A DNA stretch of 62,976 nucleotides, filler included, from Octopus bimaculoides (taxonomy: Eukaryota): NCBI RefSeq assembly GCF_001194135.2. It is 4 parts of 4 records of this genome, joined end to end, with 100 filler letters (N's around TTAATTAATTAA, not from the genome) between each part and the next. Parts side by side here need not be neighbours in the genome. Positions count along the whole stretch, not along the records: positions 1 to 17,881 come from NC_069006.1; positions 17,982 to 36,889 come from NC_068982.1; 2 more parts are not named here. The stretch is one strand, 5' to 3'. The notes under the pieces were generated by a model. It saw only the letters and a list, made by a program, of their open reading frames with translations, was not told the origin of the DNA and made no database searches. Made by a program: the position numbers and the translations under genes. This document shows, in pieces, positions 14,268-26,345 of the stretch; within the stretch, counting starts at the first letter, position 1; the number at the start of each line of letters is the position of its first letter.

Positions 14268-14637
14268 GACCACGTTCCACTGGTCACAACTTACTAAACG
14301 CCACACATCCACATCATAACAGCACACAGCTCCACCAGCCAGCAACACCACCACCACCATCGCGACCACCACCACCACTATCACCACTACACATCACACC
14401 TCAACATTCAACTAATATCCAGAAACGAGGACCATAAAAATGGAAGAACATTGTGTAATATTTACATCGCACAGTATCATATTATGTAACTTTAACAATG
14501 TTAGAGGAACACGACTATGTTATCTCGTAAATGTTCTTCCGAACATTGGCACAAGATCATGCTTTTATATGGCTGGGGTTTCATTCTATTTAAGCTACTA
14601 ATAACCCTTTATAACACTTCTTCTTTATGTTATAGAA

Positions 14638-14700
14638 CAGGGGTCCCCCGACCGCTAGGCCGTAGATCATTTGGTATCGGACCACAAAGAAGGAATAAAG
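14638..14700 (+). mobile_element. Probable hAT (Charlie-like) transposon terminus
   Basis: Starts CAGGGGTCCCC after ttatagaa. No partner terminus is visible before the gap. Confidence 0.4.
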
Positions 14701-14752
14701 TTTAAAATTTTGTATCTGTTTTATTATTATCACAGTCAACAGGGTGGTCTTG

Positions 14753-14796
<44 letters not shown>

Positions 14797-14979
14797 NNNN
14801 NNNNNNNNNNNNNNNNNNNNNNNNNNNNNNNNNNNNNNNNNNNNNNNNNNNNNNNNNNNNNNNNNNNNNNNNNNNNNNNNNNNNNNNNNNNNNNNNNNNN
14901 NNNNNNNNNNNNNNNNNNNNNNNNNNNNNNNNNNNNNNNNNNNNNNNNNNNNNNNNNNNNNNNNNNNNNNNNNNNNNNN

Positions 14980-15145
14980 AACATACTGAGAATTCAGAAA
15001 TAGCAGTCAAAGAACTACTGATTTCAAAACTACAAATTATTACTCTAGATTGATAGCGATCAATATCGCTATCAATCTGGAGTAATAATTTGTAGTTTTG
15101 AAATCAGTAGTTCTTTGACTGCTATTTCTGAATTCTCAGTATGTT
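14980..15145. repeat. Inverted repeat, 81-bp arms, 4-nt loop, 1 mismatch
   Basis: aacatactgagaattcagaaatagcag...gatagcgat CAAT atcgctatc...ctgctatttctgaattctcagtatgtt. Confidence 0.95.
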
Positions 15146-15182
15146 GGAGAAGCAGGTTACTGTCAATCCCTATATATTTATG

Positions 15183-15217
<35 letters not shown>

Positions 15218-15399
15218 CACATATATATATTTATACACGCATAGTATTTTCAAATCCCTTTCTACCTTCTTTAGAAACGAAATAATATTTAGATAATGCG
15301 GTGAATCATGCACGAAATCTGAAATAGCAAATGAAAGAGTCATGGTTGGAACGTCGTTCGGTGAAGATGTGCCATGCCAGATCAGGGTTAAACGACGAC

Positions 15400-15437
15400 G
15401 ACTCTACTACGTAGTATACTTACTCTACTACAAACAT

Positions 15438-15471
<34 letters not shown>

Positions 15472-15677
15472 GTTATTACTATGGCTTTTACCGCTACTAC
15501 TACTAACAGTACCATTACTTCTGCAAGTAACAGTAGTACTACTACCACCTCTGTCACCACCAATATTACCACCACAACTACTACTATTGCAACCAACACA
15601 TTTGCCATCACCACCAGTAGTGCCACTAGTACAACCACTACTACTGCCACCACCATTAGTGCTACCGCTACTACCTT

Positions 15678-15712
<35 letters not shown>
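15400..15712. repeat. Degenerate ACT/ACC trinucleotide array
   Basis: Direct reading. Confidence 0.85.
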
Positions 15713-16904
15713 GGGAGCAATACAAGCCATCGACGGACCATCTGCGTGAGTGGGTCTAAGCTGTTGCAAACAATGACCCAAAGTACGTTATGATTTTAAG
15801 ATGGCGACCCGGAAATTTGATGAAAAAATCCTTTCATGAAAAAATGTAATACATTGCTTTAATAGTATACCTTACAGATATTTTTTTTTTAGTATATTTT
15901 AATACTGGAGTAAATGTACTGTGCCGTAATTCAATATTTAATTAAAAAAAGGAAAAACTAATTTGGTGCTGTAAAACTGGAAAATGGCAAATAACTTCAC
16001 CTGATTTTCTTCATAAGTTTCCCAAATATTGAAAATGAATTTTATTACATGAAAAACCGAATTTGCAACTGAGAATAGCCAATTAATTTTACAATCATTT
16101 CGATTTATTACATTTATTTTTCGAGGCCATTTATTTTATGAAAATAGGTATTGATAAGACACGCGAACTTGAATTGAATTTTGTATATATAACTTGTATA
16201 TATAACTATTACTCGTCATTTAATAACTTCTCTTGTTGCAATAAAATTGAGTCGTCTATCGTGAAAAGACACAGTGGAGTTTTAGAATATTCCATAAAGA
16301 TTATTTTATAGCATAGCAAGATCTGGTAATATTAATTAAAAAATGGTCGAGTTTATAATTTAGGAAGCTTCAGTTTCTATGCTAACTCTGTACGCGCTAG
16401 TTCTGTATATGTCCGCCATTCGTCCGTTTTGCTGTAATGATCTGAAAGTCTTTACTAACATAACATGAAACTAAAGGCACATTTATGTAATTTAATGTAG
16501 ACGTTGTTAAGTTAAAACAGTTTCTTCCAGACAAGATTTCATTTACGATAATTTATTAGGCTGTCAAATAAATCCGTTCGCTATTCTCGTTGTAATCCTT
16601 TCGAACGTTCATTGAATTAACAAGAAAAATATTTCTATCGTAGTTTTGTACGGTTGTCTCTTTGTAGTTCTCTTCTTTCTCTATAACTTCTGTTTATCAA
16701 TTTTGAAATTTGAATAATTTTTACTTTACAGATGTATGACGATGAAGTGCCTAGAGAAAAATGAATGTATCTCTTGTGTCTAGGGAGAGTAATCATGCCA
16801 ATATATTAACACACATACTCGTTCATTTCAACTCATTTATTAAATATGCGATTTTTTTGTCAAAGCTCTTCCGATGCTTTTTGCGAAGTGCTCAAAACAT
16901 TTAT

Positions 16905-17120
16905 AGGCGGCGTGCTGGCAGAAAGGTTAGCACGGTGGACGAAATGCTGAGCGGTATTTCGTCTGCCGTTACGTTCTGAGTTCAAATTCCGCCGAGGTCG
17001 ACTTTGCCTTTCATCCTTTCGGAGTCGATAAATTAAATACCAGTTGTGTACTGAGCTCGATCTAATCGACTGCCCCCCCCCTCCCCCAAAATTTCGGGCC
17101 TTGTGCCTAGAGTAGAAAAA
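16905..17120 (+). mobile_element. tRNA-derived SINE with a Meta-domain-like core (family A), well-preserved full copy
   Basis: A-box-like TGGCAGAAAGGTTAG, B-box GAGTTCAAATTCC, core gtcgactttgcctttcatcctttcggagtcgataaattaaataccag, tail cccaaaatttcgggccttgtgcc. The Meta-domain assignment is from recall. Confidence 0.85.
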
Positions 17121-17142
17121 ATATATATATTTTTATAAACAG

Positions 17143-17202
17143 TGAAAGTGAGAGTCTGTCTCGCAACAAGAGTTTCAATACAATATTACATGTAGCCCAC
17201 AG
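17143..17202 (+). CDS. Candidate 60-nt exon (ESESLSRNKSFNTILHVAH)
   Basis: tttataaacAG acceptor, consensus donor CAG|GTGAGT, open frame, phase 2-2. Confidence 0.3.
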
Positions 17203-17593
17203 GTGAGTTCTAGCGATTCTCAGTAAGAGAAGACACTTCGTAGTTCAAAAGGTTCAAACCGAGACTCCGATGTCTTTACAGGGGATCGATTCCACAAGGT
17301 AAAGAAAGGCTGTAAAAGGGATCAAACTGAGCGCGTATAGAGCCAAATTATGCGGATACACAAATATGATATATTAAACATAATAGTTCGAATATAAAAT
17401 ACAATATATATATATACATAAACAAGCATAATGAGAGACAGCAAAAAGTTTGGGACTTTCAGCCATAAAATAATGTTCTTTAAATAGATCTCAAAGAGCA
17501 TAAAGCTATAAATGATACCATGCAAATTACTAGGTTGAAAAACGGATATGAATAGAAATGTGGAATATATACATACATACATACATACATACA

Positions 17594-17629
<36 letters not shown>

Positions 17630-17881
17630 TATATATATTATTTTGCTTAAAAGAGTTCCAACACTGTCTGTTTTTTTATGTTTTATTTATATTCCTGCAG
17701 AACTAATGTGGGGTATAGAATATGGAATATACAATATATAATATGATATACAATATACAATATAAAATAAAATAAAATAAAAATGGATGGCACCATGAAA
17801 GAAAGTATTGAATGTAGATGAAATATTGAGTGTTCAATATAAAGGATCAAATATATAAATATATAAATATAAATATATATA

Positions 17882-17981
17882 NNNNNNNNNNNNNNNNNNN
17901 NNNNNNNNNNNNNNNNNNNNNNNNNTTAATTAATTAANNNNNNNNNNNNNNNNNNNNNNNNNNNNNNNNNNNNNNNNNNNN
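17882..17981. other. Artificial scaffolding linker 44N-TTAATTAATTAA-44N (also 36890-36989 and 56503-56602)
   Basis: Identical 100-nt layout three times. TTAATTAATTAA places stops in all six frames. Confidence 0.95.
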
Positions 17982-18014
17982 CTCCTCCTCCTCCTCCTCC
18001 TTCTTCTTCTTCTT

Positions 18015-18290
18015 CCCAGAGCGATCGGTCTTGTTTGCTCTGCTTGATTTTGTGAGAGTGGGCAGCAACCTGCTCTCAGAGGTCTCGTAGTGTCTCTTTC
18101 CGCACATTATAAGTTTTGATACTTGTTTGTTAATTACCGTGGGAGACATTCAACATCCCAGAACGAATCACAAAATTCTAGCTGTCCTCAGCAGAGCAGT
18201 CGTTCGGGCTTGCTCTAATCTCATGTCAATTCCGATTTCACTGACATATTTCTCGAACTCGGTTGTTTGTGATCCGAATGCCCTTACAAC
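18015..18290 (-). mobile_element. Dong-like LINE remnants (3' end plus an N-terminal piece)
   Basis: Minus strand reads FGSQTTEFEKYVSEIGIDMRLEQARTTALLRTARIL*FVLGC*, then EQVAAHSHKIKQSKQDRSLWE. Confidence 0.6.
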
Positions 18291-18313
18291 TTATTATTAT
18301 TATTATATCATCA

Positions 18314-18526
18314 GAGTGGCGAGCTGGCAGAATCGTTAGCATGCCAGGTGAAATGCTTTGCGGTATTTCGTCCAGTCACTACGTTCTGAGTTCAAATTCC
18401 GCCGAGACCGACTTTGCCTTTTATCCTTTCGGGGTCAACAAATTAAGTACCACTTGAGTACTAGGGTCGATGTAATCGACTGGCCCCTCCCACAAAATCT
18501 CAGACCTGGTGCTTATAACAGAAATG
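18314..18526 (+). mobile_element. Family A SINE inside (ATT)n
   Basis: Full head, core and tail, with (ATT)n on both sides. Confidence 0.85.
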
Positions 18527-18777
18527 ATTATTATTATTATTATTATTACCATTATCATTATCCTGATTATTATTATTATTATTGTTCAGTAGTTTTATTT
18601 TTATAACGTGCTTTCACTTCACTACCGAGCTCAGCTCTGTGTGCCTTGGGTATGTGCTGTGGTTTGCTGTGGTGCTCTTATGGTTACTGTATTGAAAGTG
18701 TTTTGCGTAGGATGTGTGCCAGTCGCTGATGGTAAGTGTCACTATTCTTATATTATTATTATTATTATTATTATTAT

Positions 18778-18985
18778 TTTATGTTTGACTTTTGTTTTGC
18801 ATTTGTACAAGTTGGATCCAAGTCTCACCCAGAGACCTCAAGAGACAAGTTAGAAGTTCATGTAGGTGTTATGCCTAGGGCACCATATATTTGGATTTGT
18901 ATAGTTTTGTTCAAGTGAATGTTTAAGAAACCATAAGAAAATTATGTGTTTGCTTTAAAATTTGAGATCACATAGACAGTATTTT
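18778..18985 (-). mobile_element. LINE 3'-end fragment, second copy at 20135-20250(-)
   Basis: Two homologous copies (gagacaagttagaagttcatg..tatgccta), both ending in (TAA)n on the minus strand. QIYGALGITP remnant. Confidence 0.6.
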
Positions 18986-18993
18986 ACTATTAC

Positions 18994-19046
<53 letters not shown>

Positions 19047-19049
<3 letters not shown>

Positions 19050-20095
19050 TTTAATCTGCATGTTTGTTACAGTCACTTGCGGAGACACACCCAGTGTCCT
19101 AGGGCGAGTGGAGGATAAGTGATTTTACAGTATGACTGAAAACTTGGGGAGGGGAATTAGCAAAATATCTTAATGTAATATAAACCAGACATTTAAATGA
19201 ATAAGGTTTTGCTAAGGAAGTGCACAGTACTTGTCAGTAAAATCTTTTGGATTTTTCTCAAACATGGTTCTCCTGGGATATTATCTAGATGTTTCTGACA
19301 TCCCTTTCTTATCATACCTAGGACACTTACAATAACAGGAACAGTTCTCGTTTTAAGATGCCACATCATTTGTATTTCAATTTCCAGGTCCTTACATTTA
19401 CTTAGTTTGTCAAATTCCTTGACACCTATTTTTATCAGTAGAAACACTTACATTTGTAAGTCTACAAGTATTTTCTTCCCTGTCTTTAATGATTATGTCT
19501 GGTCGATTAACCTGGATCGTTCTGTAAGCGTTGACTGGAAAATCCCGGATAATAGTGACACTTACCATCAACGACTGGCTCAGGAATAATATTCATAGCA
19601 GTAAGCAGGAGTGCTGATTTCGTAATGTTTATATATTTTCCAATGTAAATAGTGTCCTATCATATCATGGTGGCTCTTCTATTCGTTTGGTGTTAGCACA
19701 GGACATCCCGAGACGAAATCGTCTGTTGTTTCGTCAAAGGTGTCGCAAAATTTGCATTTAGGGTCAAAACCGTTTTGAAGAGCGTTAGCGTGGCAGTTTT
19801 TTTGTGAGCAAGCTTTGATCTTGTGCTGACAATATGAAACTTTCAGTCTCTGCTTTCAGTCCTGAACCACTCAGCCACTAATGGGTTGTTGCTTGATCTA
19901 CATTAGCATTTCAGCTTCGAAGTATTTAATGTCCATGCAGAGGCTTCTCGTTCCACCGCTCCTCAATTTGCTTCTGCCCGTTCTTTTTTTGCCGTCTGCT
20001 TGATCCATTTTGCTTGTTTTGTGGCAGCGGTTTCAGATTCCTCAAATATTTCAGGATTAATGCCAAGTTCCCTTGCAAATTTGCAAGTTCCATTA
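19047..20095 (-). mobile_element. 3' ~1-kb fragment of an R4/Dong-like non-LTR retrotransposon (restriction-like endonuclease)
   Basis: Minus-strand remnants WNEKPLHG, PKCKFCDTFDETTDDFVSGCPVL (decayed CCHC knuckle), WDFP...VNRPDII, DKLSKCKDLEIEIQMMWHLKTRTVPVIV..LG, followed by a 3' UTR and a (TAA)n tail. Confidence 0.85.
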
Positions 20096-20251
20096 CAATT
20101 ATTATTATTATTATTATCATCATCATTATTATTATTATGTTTGACTTTTGTATTTGTACAAATTAGTTCCAGTTCTCACCATGAGACCCCAAGAGACAAG
20201 TTAGAAGTTCATGTTGGTTTTATGCCTACGGTGTCATATATTTGGTTTTTA

Positions 20252-20256
<5 letters not shown>

Positions 20257-20312
<56 letters not shown>

Positions 20313-20396
20313 TATTATTATTATTATTATTATTATTATCATTATTATTATTATTATTATTATCATTATTATTATTATTATTATTATTATTTATTG

Positions 20397-20427
<31 letters not shown>

Positions 20428-20500
20428 CATTAGTAGTAGTAGTAGTATTAGCAATAGTAATAGTAGTAGTAGTAGTAAGGGAGTGGTTTTAGTAGCTGTA
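20257..20500. repeat. Compound (ATA)n(ATT)n(AGT)n microsatellite
   Basis: Direct reading. Confidence 0.95.
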
Positions 20501-21110
20501 GTAGTAATAGATGAACATTTCAATCTGTTTTGTCCTACTTTCAGGTGGTTCGCCGGCTCTATATGTATGTGCTTACTTGAAATTTTGAATGAAATGTTTT
20601 ATATCTAGATATCACATATGCTGTTAATATGCTGAGTATAAAGTAAAGAAAACCCTCGTTAACTAATATAACGCTACTGCATCAAGAAATAATTTTATTT
20701 CAGCAAATGAAACTTTGTGTTTGTGTACCATTAATGTTGCTATGGTATCCTTCACACATTGGTCAACAAGTTCGCAACACAGTAGGAAACGAGGAGAAAA
20801 ATCAACTCATTGAAAATAGTTGGATATCTAACATCACTAGGATGTTGACAAGGAATCCATTCGACTGAGAAAATTAATCTACAGTATTAATATGAATATT
20901 TGTTTCTGCGAATATACTTGCCTGAAATGTGAAAATTCTTTGTGTATATAGGAATATAAGAAACGATGTTTAACTGATATTGGAAACTAATTTTCCTCTG
21001 CAGGATAAAGGTGTAGCATTTCTTGTAGGGAAGAAAATAAAAGTAATATTTCATGGTAGGTAACGCTAAAGCAAAATAACATCGTGTATATTTAAAAATA
21101 TCTCGTAGTA

Positions 21111-21326
21111 CAGTAATCCCTCGACTAACGCGGTTATTACATTCCAAAACCTCCCGCGATAAGGGAAAATCCGCGAAGTAGTAACAGAACTGTATATTTA
21201 TTATAATTTTTTATAATTTGTATATATTGATTTTACTATAAATGCAAAACAGCACCACGGAGAAGTCGACGTAAGCTTCAATAAAAAACCGTGATACGTG
21301 AACCGCGACATGACGAGGGATTACTG
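21111..21326. mobile_element. Tc1/mariner-superfamily (pogo/Tigger-like) MITE, 216 bp
   Basis: Perfect 13-bp TIRs CAGTAATCCCTCG / CGAGGGATTACTG with TA on both sides. Confidence 0.9.
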
Positions 21327-21425
21327 TATCCGTATTTTCAGTTGTGTTGTGTATACTATATCATAGTGTCAACTTATACACCCAAAAAATTATTTCAAAG
21401 CTATCTGGTTATCTAGAAAAGGAAG

Positions 21426-21490
<65 letters not shown>

Positions 21491-21767
21491 NNNNNNNNNN
21501 NNNNNNNNNNNNNNNNNNNNNNNNNNNNNNNNNNNNNNNNNNNNNNNNNNNNNNNNNNNNNNNNNNNNNNNNNNNNNNNNNNNNNNNNNNNNNNNNNNNN
21601 NNNNNNNNNNNNNNNNNNNNNNNNNNNNNNNNNNNNNNNNNNNNNNNNNNNNNNNNNNNNNNNNNNNNNNNNNNNNNNNNNNNNNNNNNNNNNNNNNNNN
21701 NNNNNNNNNNNNNNNNNNNNNNNNNNNNNNNNNNNNNNNNNNNNNNNNNNNNNNNNNNNNNNNNNNN

Positions 21768-21802
<35 letters not shown>

Positions 21803-23200
21803 TACAGAGTGTCCTTAAATGACATTTAGAATTTGGAAATTCTAATGAAGGAAAGGAAACATTAAGGTAATTCAGCAGAGTTTATAGCTCATCAAACAGT
21901 TTCATGTGATTTCCATTGGTTACACGCAACACATCCAGACGATACAATACAATAAATAAACACATACATACATACATACATACATACATACATGCATACA
22001 TGCATACATACATACATGCACACATGCATACATACATACAGACAGACAGACAGACAAAAGACATACATACAGACAGACGGACAGATATACGTTTATGAAT
22101 TTGTGTTGCAAGTTTCTTGATGTGAAATCGTGTGTTGAAACCGACATTGTTATTTTTCGCGATGGTCATTTTTTATTCTTAAACACATGCACTATATACA
22201 TATACGAATATATAGCGCGTCTGTTTATTTGGCAAGAGAATGACAATACCGAAACATAACAACATACATTCATAGATATGTGTGTGTGTGTGTGTTTGTG
22301 TGTTTGTGTGTGTGTGTGTGTATGTGTGTGTGCGTGTGTGTGTCTGTGTCTGTGTATGTGTATGTGCGAGTGTGTGTGTGTGTGTGTGTAAATATATATA
22401 TCATCAAGACACCACAAAGGAAAACGGCGAATTATTCATCTTAAAAATTTGTTTATTACACTATTATTCTCATTAAATTGATATTAAATTCCAATCCGAC
22501 ACGTGTTTCTACTGGATAAGTATCCTAATGTCCTTTGATGTCGCACTTATATTGGTTCAGTTGCAGTGCATATTCCTCCAAGCTAGACACTCCTATGCAG
22601 TTTTGCTGAAGGTTTTATTCATGAGGATGTGTGGAGCGAACTGAAGAGTCAAGCGTTAGATAGTTCTTCTTAAAGTATATTCTAAATGACGGATCATAAA
22701 TCTTTACGCTACATGATATTAGAAGTTGCTTTGAAATACGATATGGGTATAGTTCTCGTATAATTGAGACTTATATTGTCGGTTTTAGAATTTAAGGGAA
22801 TACATTAATTTATACAATTAGTTGTAGTAAAAACTTTAATTAGGTGAGGAAGTATTTCACTCACTGATCACTTATAATGATGATAAAATGATAGATTTAA
22901 AAGAAATCGAAAGGAAGTGGAAATAAAGAGGAAATAAATTAAAATCGTTTTAATTTGGATATTCAGACCAGTCCATAGCAATTATGTTTAATACTTTTTT
23001 GGAATATTAGAAGAGTATCATTGAGATGAGTTAAGTATGTTGCAATACTAATCATACACATAAAAATGAGAATAATACTATGATAAACACATTTTTTGAA
23101 GTGTAATCCTCCATTCTAATTTATGTCTTGATTGTATGTTGTATGAAATCCACTGGAGCGAACTTAGATTTACCTATGGAGTGAAATACTCTGTACTTAC

Positions 23201-23248
23201 CTTAAACATTTCTGTATGTTCCTTATCATTCATTGTGGTTAGCCAGCT
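23201..23248 (-). CDS. Candidate 48-nt exon (SWLTTMNDKEHTEMFK), phase-compatible with the 23781-24058 exon
   Basis: Acceptor aatccAG (moderate), strong donor AAG|GTAAGT, phase 0 to phase 0, open frame. Confidence 0.35.
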
Positions 23249-23443
23249 CTGGATTATATCAGAGTGTTAATTCCTTTACGTTGAGGAATGCCAAATTAAG
23301 AATGATATGGATAACATAGATAGTTACCAGGTAGTCTACTGATAAATTCGAAAGTTAAGCTGTAATTTCTTCAAGATAAGACTTGGTTATTTTTTTTTTT
23401 GCGTACGTATTGTTCCACGTGAATATATTCCTTACGCTTATCC

Positions 23444-23501
<58 letters not shown>

Positions 23502-23780
23502 AAATGTACATATATTTATAACAATATATATGTATATATACATGCATATATGTATGTCCGTATCAATATGTACACACACACGCGCACATATTTATACATA
23601 TACGTATGCGTGTCTATATCTGTGGATGTGGGCGAGCGGTTATGTGCATGTATACATAAAGCAATTCTTGAAAAGTTTGAACCGGAGATTTTGGACTTAA
23701 TTTTTTTTTCGTTTCATAAAAGAAATAACTTACCTATTTTCAAAAACAATTATTGACGAAATGATATGAAGATTACTTAC

Positions 23781-24058
23781 TGGCGATTCCAGAATATTAG
23801 TTTCCTCTATCTGACCTCTCGGTAAAGAGATACATTGCCTTTCCCTTTTCGGTAAAGTTAAAGTCGAAGTTTCAGCTTTCAACACGTTTTCGACATCTGT
23901 AAATGACGATCTTCGAGGAATTTGTCTTTCAGGGTTAATGAAATATTTCTTAAAATCAATGCGATGTGGAATCATAACTTCATCGTAATCTGTCTCTTCA
24001 TTGGAAGTTGATAATGTTGTATTGGTTTGTTGATAGTTTTGATATTCTAGTGGTAGAG
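23781..24058 (-). CDS. Candidate internal coding exon (92 codons) of an unidentified gene; polar, probably disordered peptide LPLEYQNYQQ...PERQIPRRSSF...NILESP
   Basis: Core of ORF 23730-24146 in non-repetitive DNA. Acceptor ttttcttattcgcAG, donor GTAAGT, 278 nt, phase 1 to phase 0, no stop. No homolog recognised. Confidence 0.55.
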
Positions 24059-24269
24059 CTGCGAATAAGAAAATATAGCAATATGGAAAAATAGAAATAA
24101 CATTAAAAATCTTTTGTACAAAACTATTCGTAACATACGAACTCATACATATATAACTGGTATCAATTTGCAGTAAATAGTTTTTTCTCGTGCTCCATCA
24201 CACTATGTTCAGTCCCTTAGTTACATGTTGTTCTCTTAAAATAAAAACACACTGGGACACACACAAACA

Positions 24270-24340
<71 letters not shown>

Positions 24341-24467
24341 GCATACATACACACGCATACAGAAACATACATTCACATACGCGTAAACATATAACTACAA
24401 TGTAAGAATACATTTGACGAGCATTTGGTAGGAGGATCTAAATTTGCTGTAAGTTTATATAGCCATA

Positions 24468-24563
<96 letters not shown>

Positions 24564-25099
24564 GACCTGTCTGTCTATCTGTATGTCTAGCTTGTTATCA
24601 TCCAGCATAGTCTACTTTTTACGTTTTATTTTTGTATCTTCTAAAATTTTACAATATTACATACTATGATAAAACACATTTTCGCGCCATTTGCATTCTT
24701 CGAGATTATATAGTAGCAGTATTATCCGACAGCTATGTTCCACTATTGATAGCTGTAACGAAATGTTTCAATCTGTCCTTTAAATACTTTGCAATAGTGC
24801 TCCAGCAGGCTGCATCTTATAAACTGTATTTTAACATTTATCATGCAGCTCAGATGTCACGATTTGGTGAGCGCACCAACATAGCTGACATTGACAGTGC
24901 CTTATGCATAGTCAAATTTTAACCACTTAGAGTGTAGCTTAGCCGTAACAGCTCGGTGAGCGCACCAACACTGTTGATATTTCCCAGTGCTTATTCACAG
25001 ACATTTTAGTCAGAATAATCTGCAGGGGATTCGTCTATATTCAGATGTTGAAAGACATTTGATGCTATAAACAGGATTCCTGCCTTAAGTGCTTTTAAT

Positions 25100-26277
25100 A
25101 CTGTTATTAAACTCATCACCAATGAAAGATACTACATTACGAATTTTAGACCTAAGCCCAGCAACGTATATGACCTACCGAAAATACATAAGCCAAGGGA
25201 AATTCGAAATCCAGTAAAGGAACAAGATGGTGAATACATAAAATTATTACAACGAAAATATCTAAAACATAGACCTCTTATAGCTGGTCCAGCATGCCCT
25301 ACATATCGTCTAAGCAATTTTGTTAACATAATTTTCAAACCATTATGTACCGACATACCAAATTTCAATGAGGATGACATTGGGTTCTTATCCTTTCTTC
25401 CTAAAACAATGGAATCGAATTCATTCTTGCTTCGTTTTTATGTAGTGTCAATATAAACATTCCACACGATTTAGGAATAAAGGCGATTAAATATTGAAGA
25501 GGAAAATATAGACAAGTGATTTGTAGTAGATTCGCCATGGCCCAGTCAAACCTATCCTTGGAAACAATGAATTCAATAGGAAGAATTATCTTCAAATTAG
25601 AGGCAAGGCTTTCCCAGTTTATGTGAACTCAGTAATGGGATACTTAGAACATCTACATCAAAGAGTATAAGAAAACTACGGCACTGACTTTAGAATGTAT
25701 ATTGAATGTGCACAGAAGAGAAATCTTGAGGATTTCTTTATAATATAGATATATCTCTAGACATCCTGGAAGAATTCAGTACTCACCTTAGCAATTTGCA
25801 CCCAACTCCGAAAATTGCAAAGGATATGAGCCACTTAGAATTACTATTTATCGACATAATGGTAATTAAAAATGATACATTATAAAGACACAGACACACA
25901 TTAGTATCTGAACTTTAAATCATGCCACCAAACACATACAGAACGCAATATCCCATACTGTCTTGCCAGAAAAATATGCACCAGAGACAAACGTATCACA
26001 AAACTTAATGGATTTCTACTCAAACAAAAATATCTACCCCTACTTATAGAAAATGGTATGTTCCTTATCATTCATTGTGGTTAGCCAGCTCTGGATTATA
26101 TCAGAGTGTTAATTCCTTTACGTTGAGGAATGCCAAATTAAGAATGATATGGATAACATAGATAGTTACCAGGTAGTGTACTGATAAATTCGAAAGTTAA
26201 GCTGTAATTTCTTCAAGATAAGACTTGGTTATTTTTTTTTGCGTACGTATTGTTCCACGTGAATATATTCCTTACGC

Positions 26278-26345
<68 letters not shown>

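Noticed and set aside
15481-15759. Thr-rich mucin-like ORF (92 aa)
   Set aside because: It is an ACT/ACC repeat array like many others here, open in several frames and on both strands, with no clear acceptor or signal peptide.
16905-16990. tRNA genes at SINE heads
   Set aside because: A and B boxes are present, but there is no cloverleaf and each head continues into a SINE body.
17926-17937. TTAATTAATTAA islands inside gaps (also 36934-36945 and 56547-56558) as a conserved motif
   Set aside because: Always 44N+12+44N = 100 nt with six-frame stops, so this is a scaffolding linker. Distances across these points are unreliable.
22603-22612. GCTGAAG|GT as the GAK exon 1 end (..AEG)
   Set aside because: The upstream frame (CSFAEG, with a stop shortly before) does not resemble the GAK N-terminus, and it is 40 kb away.
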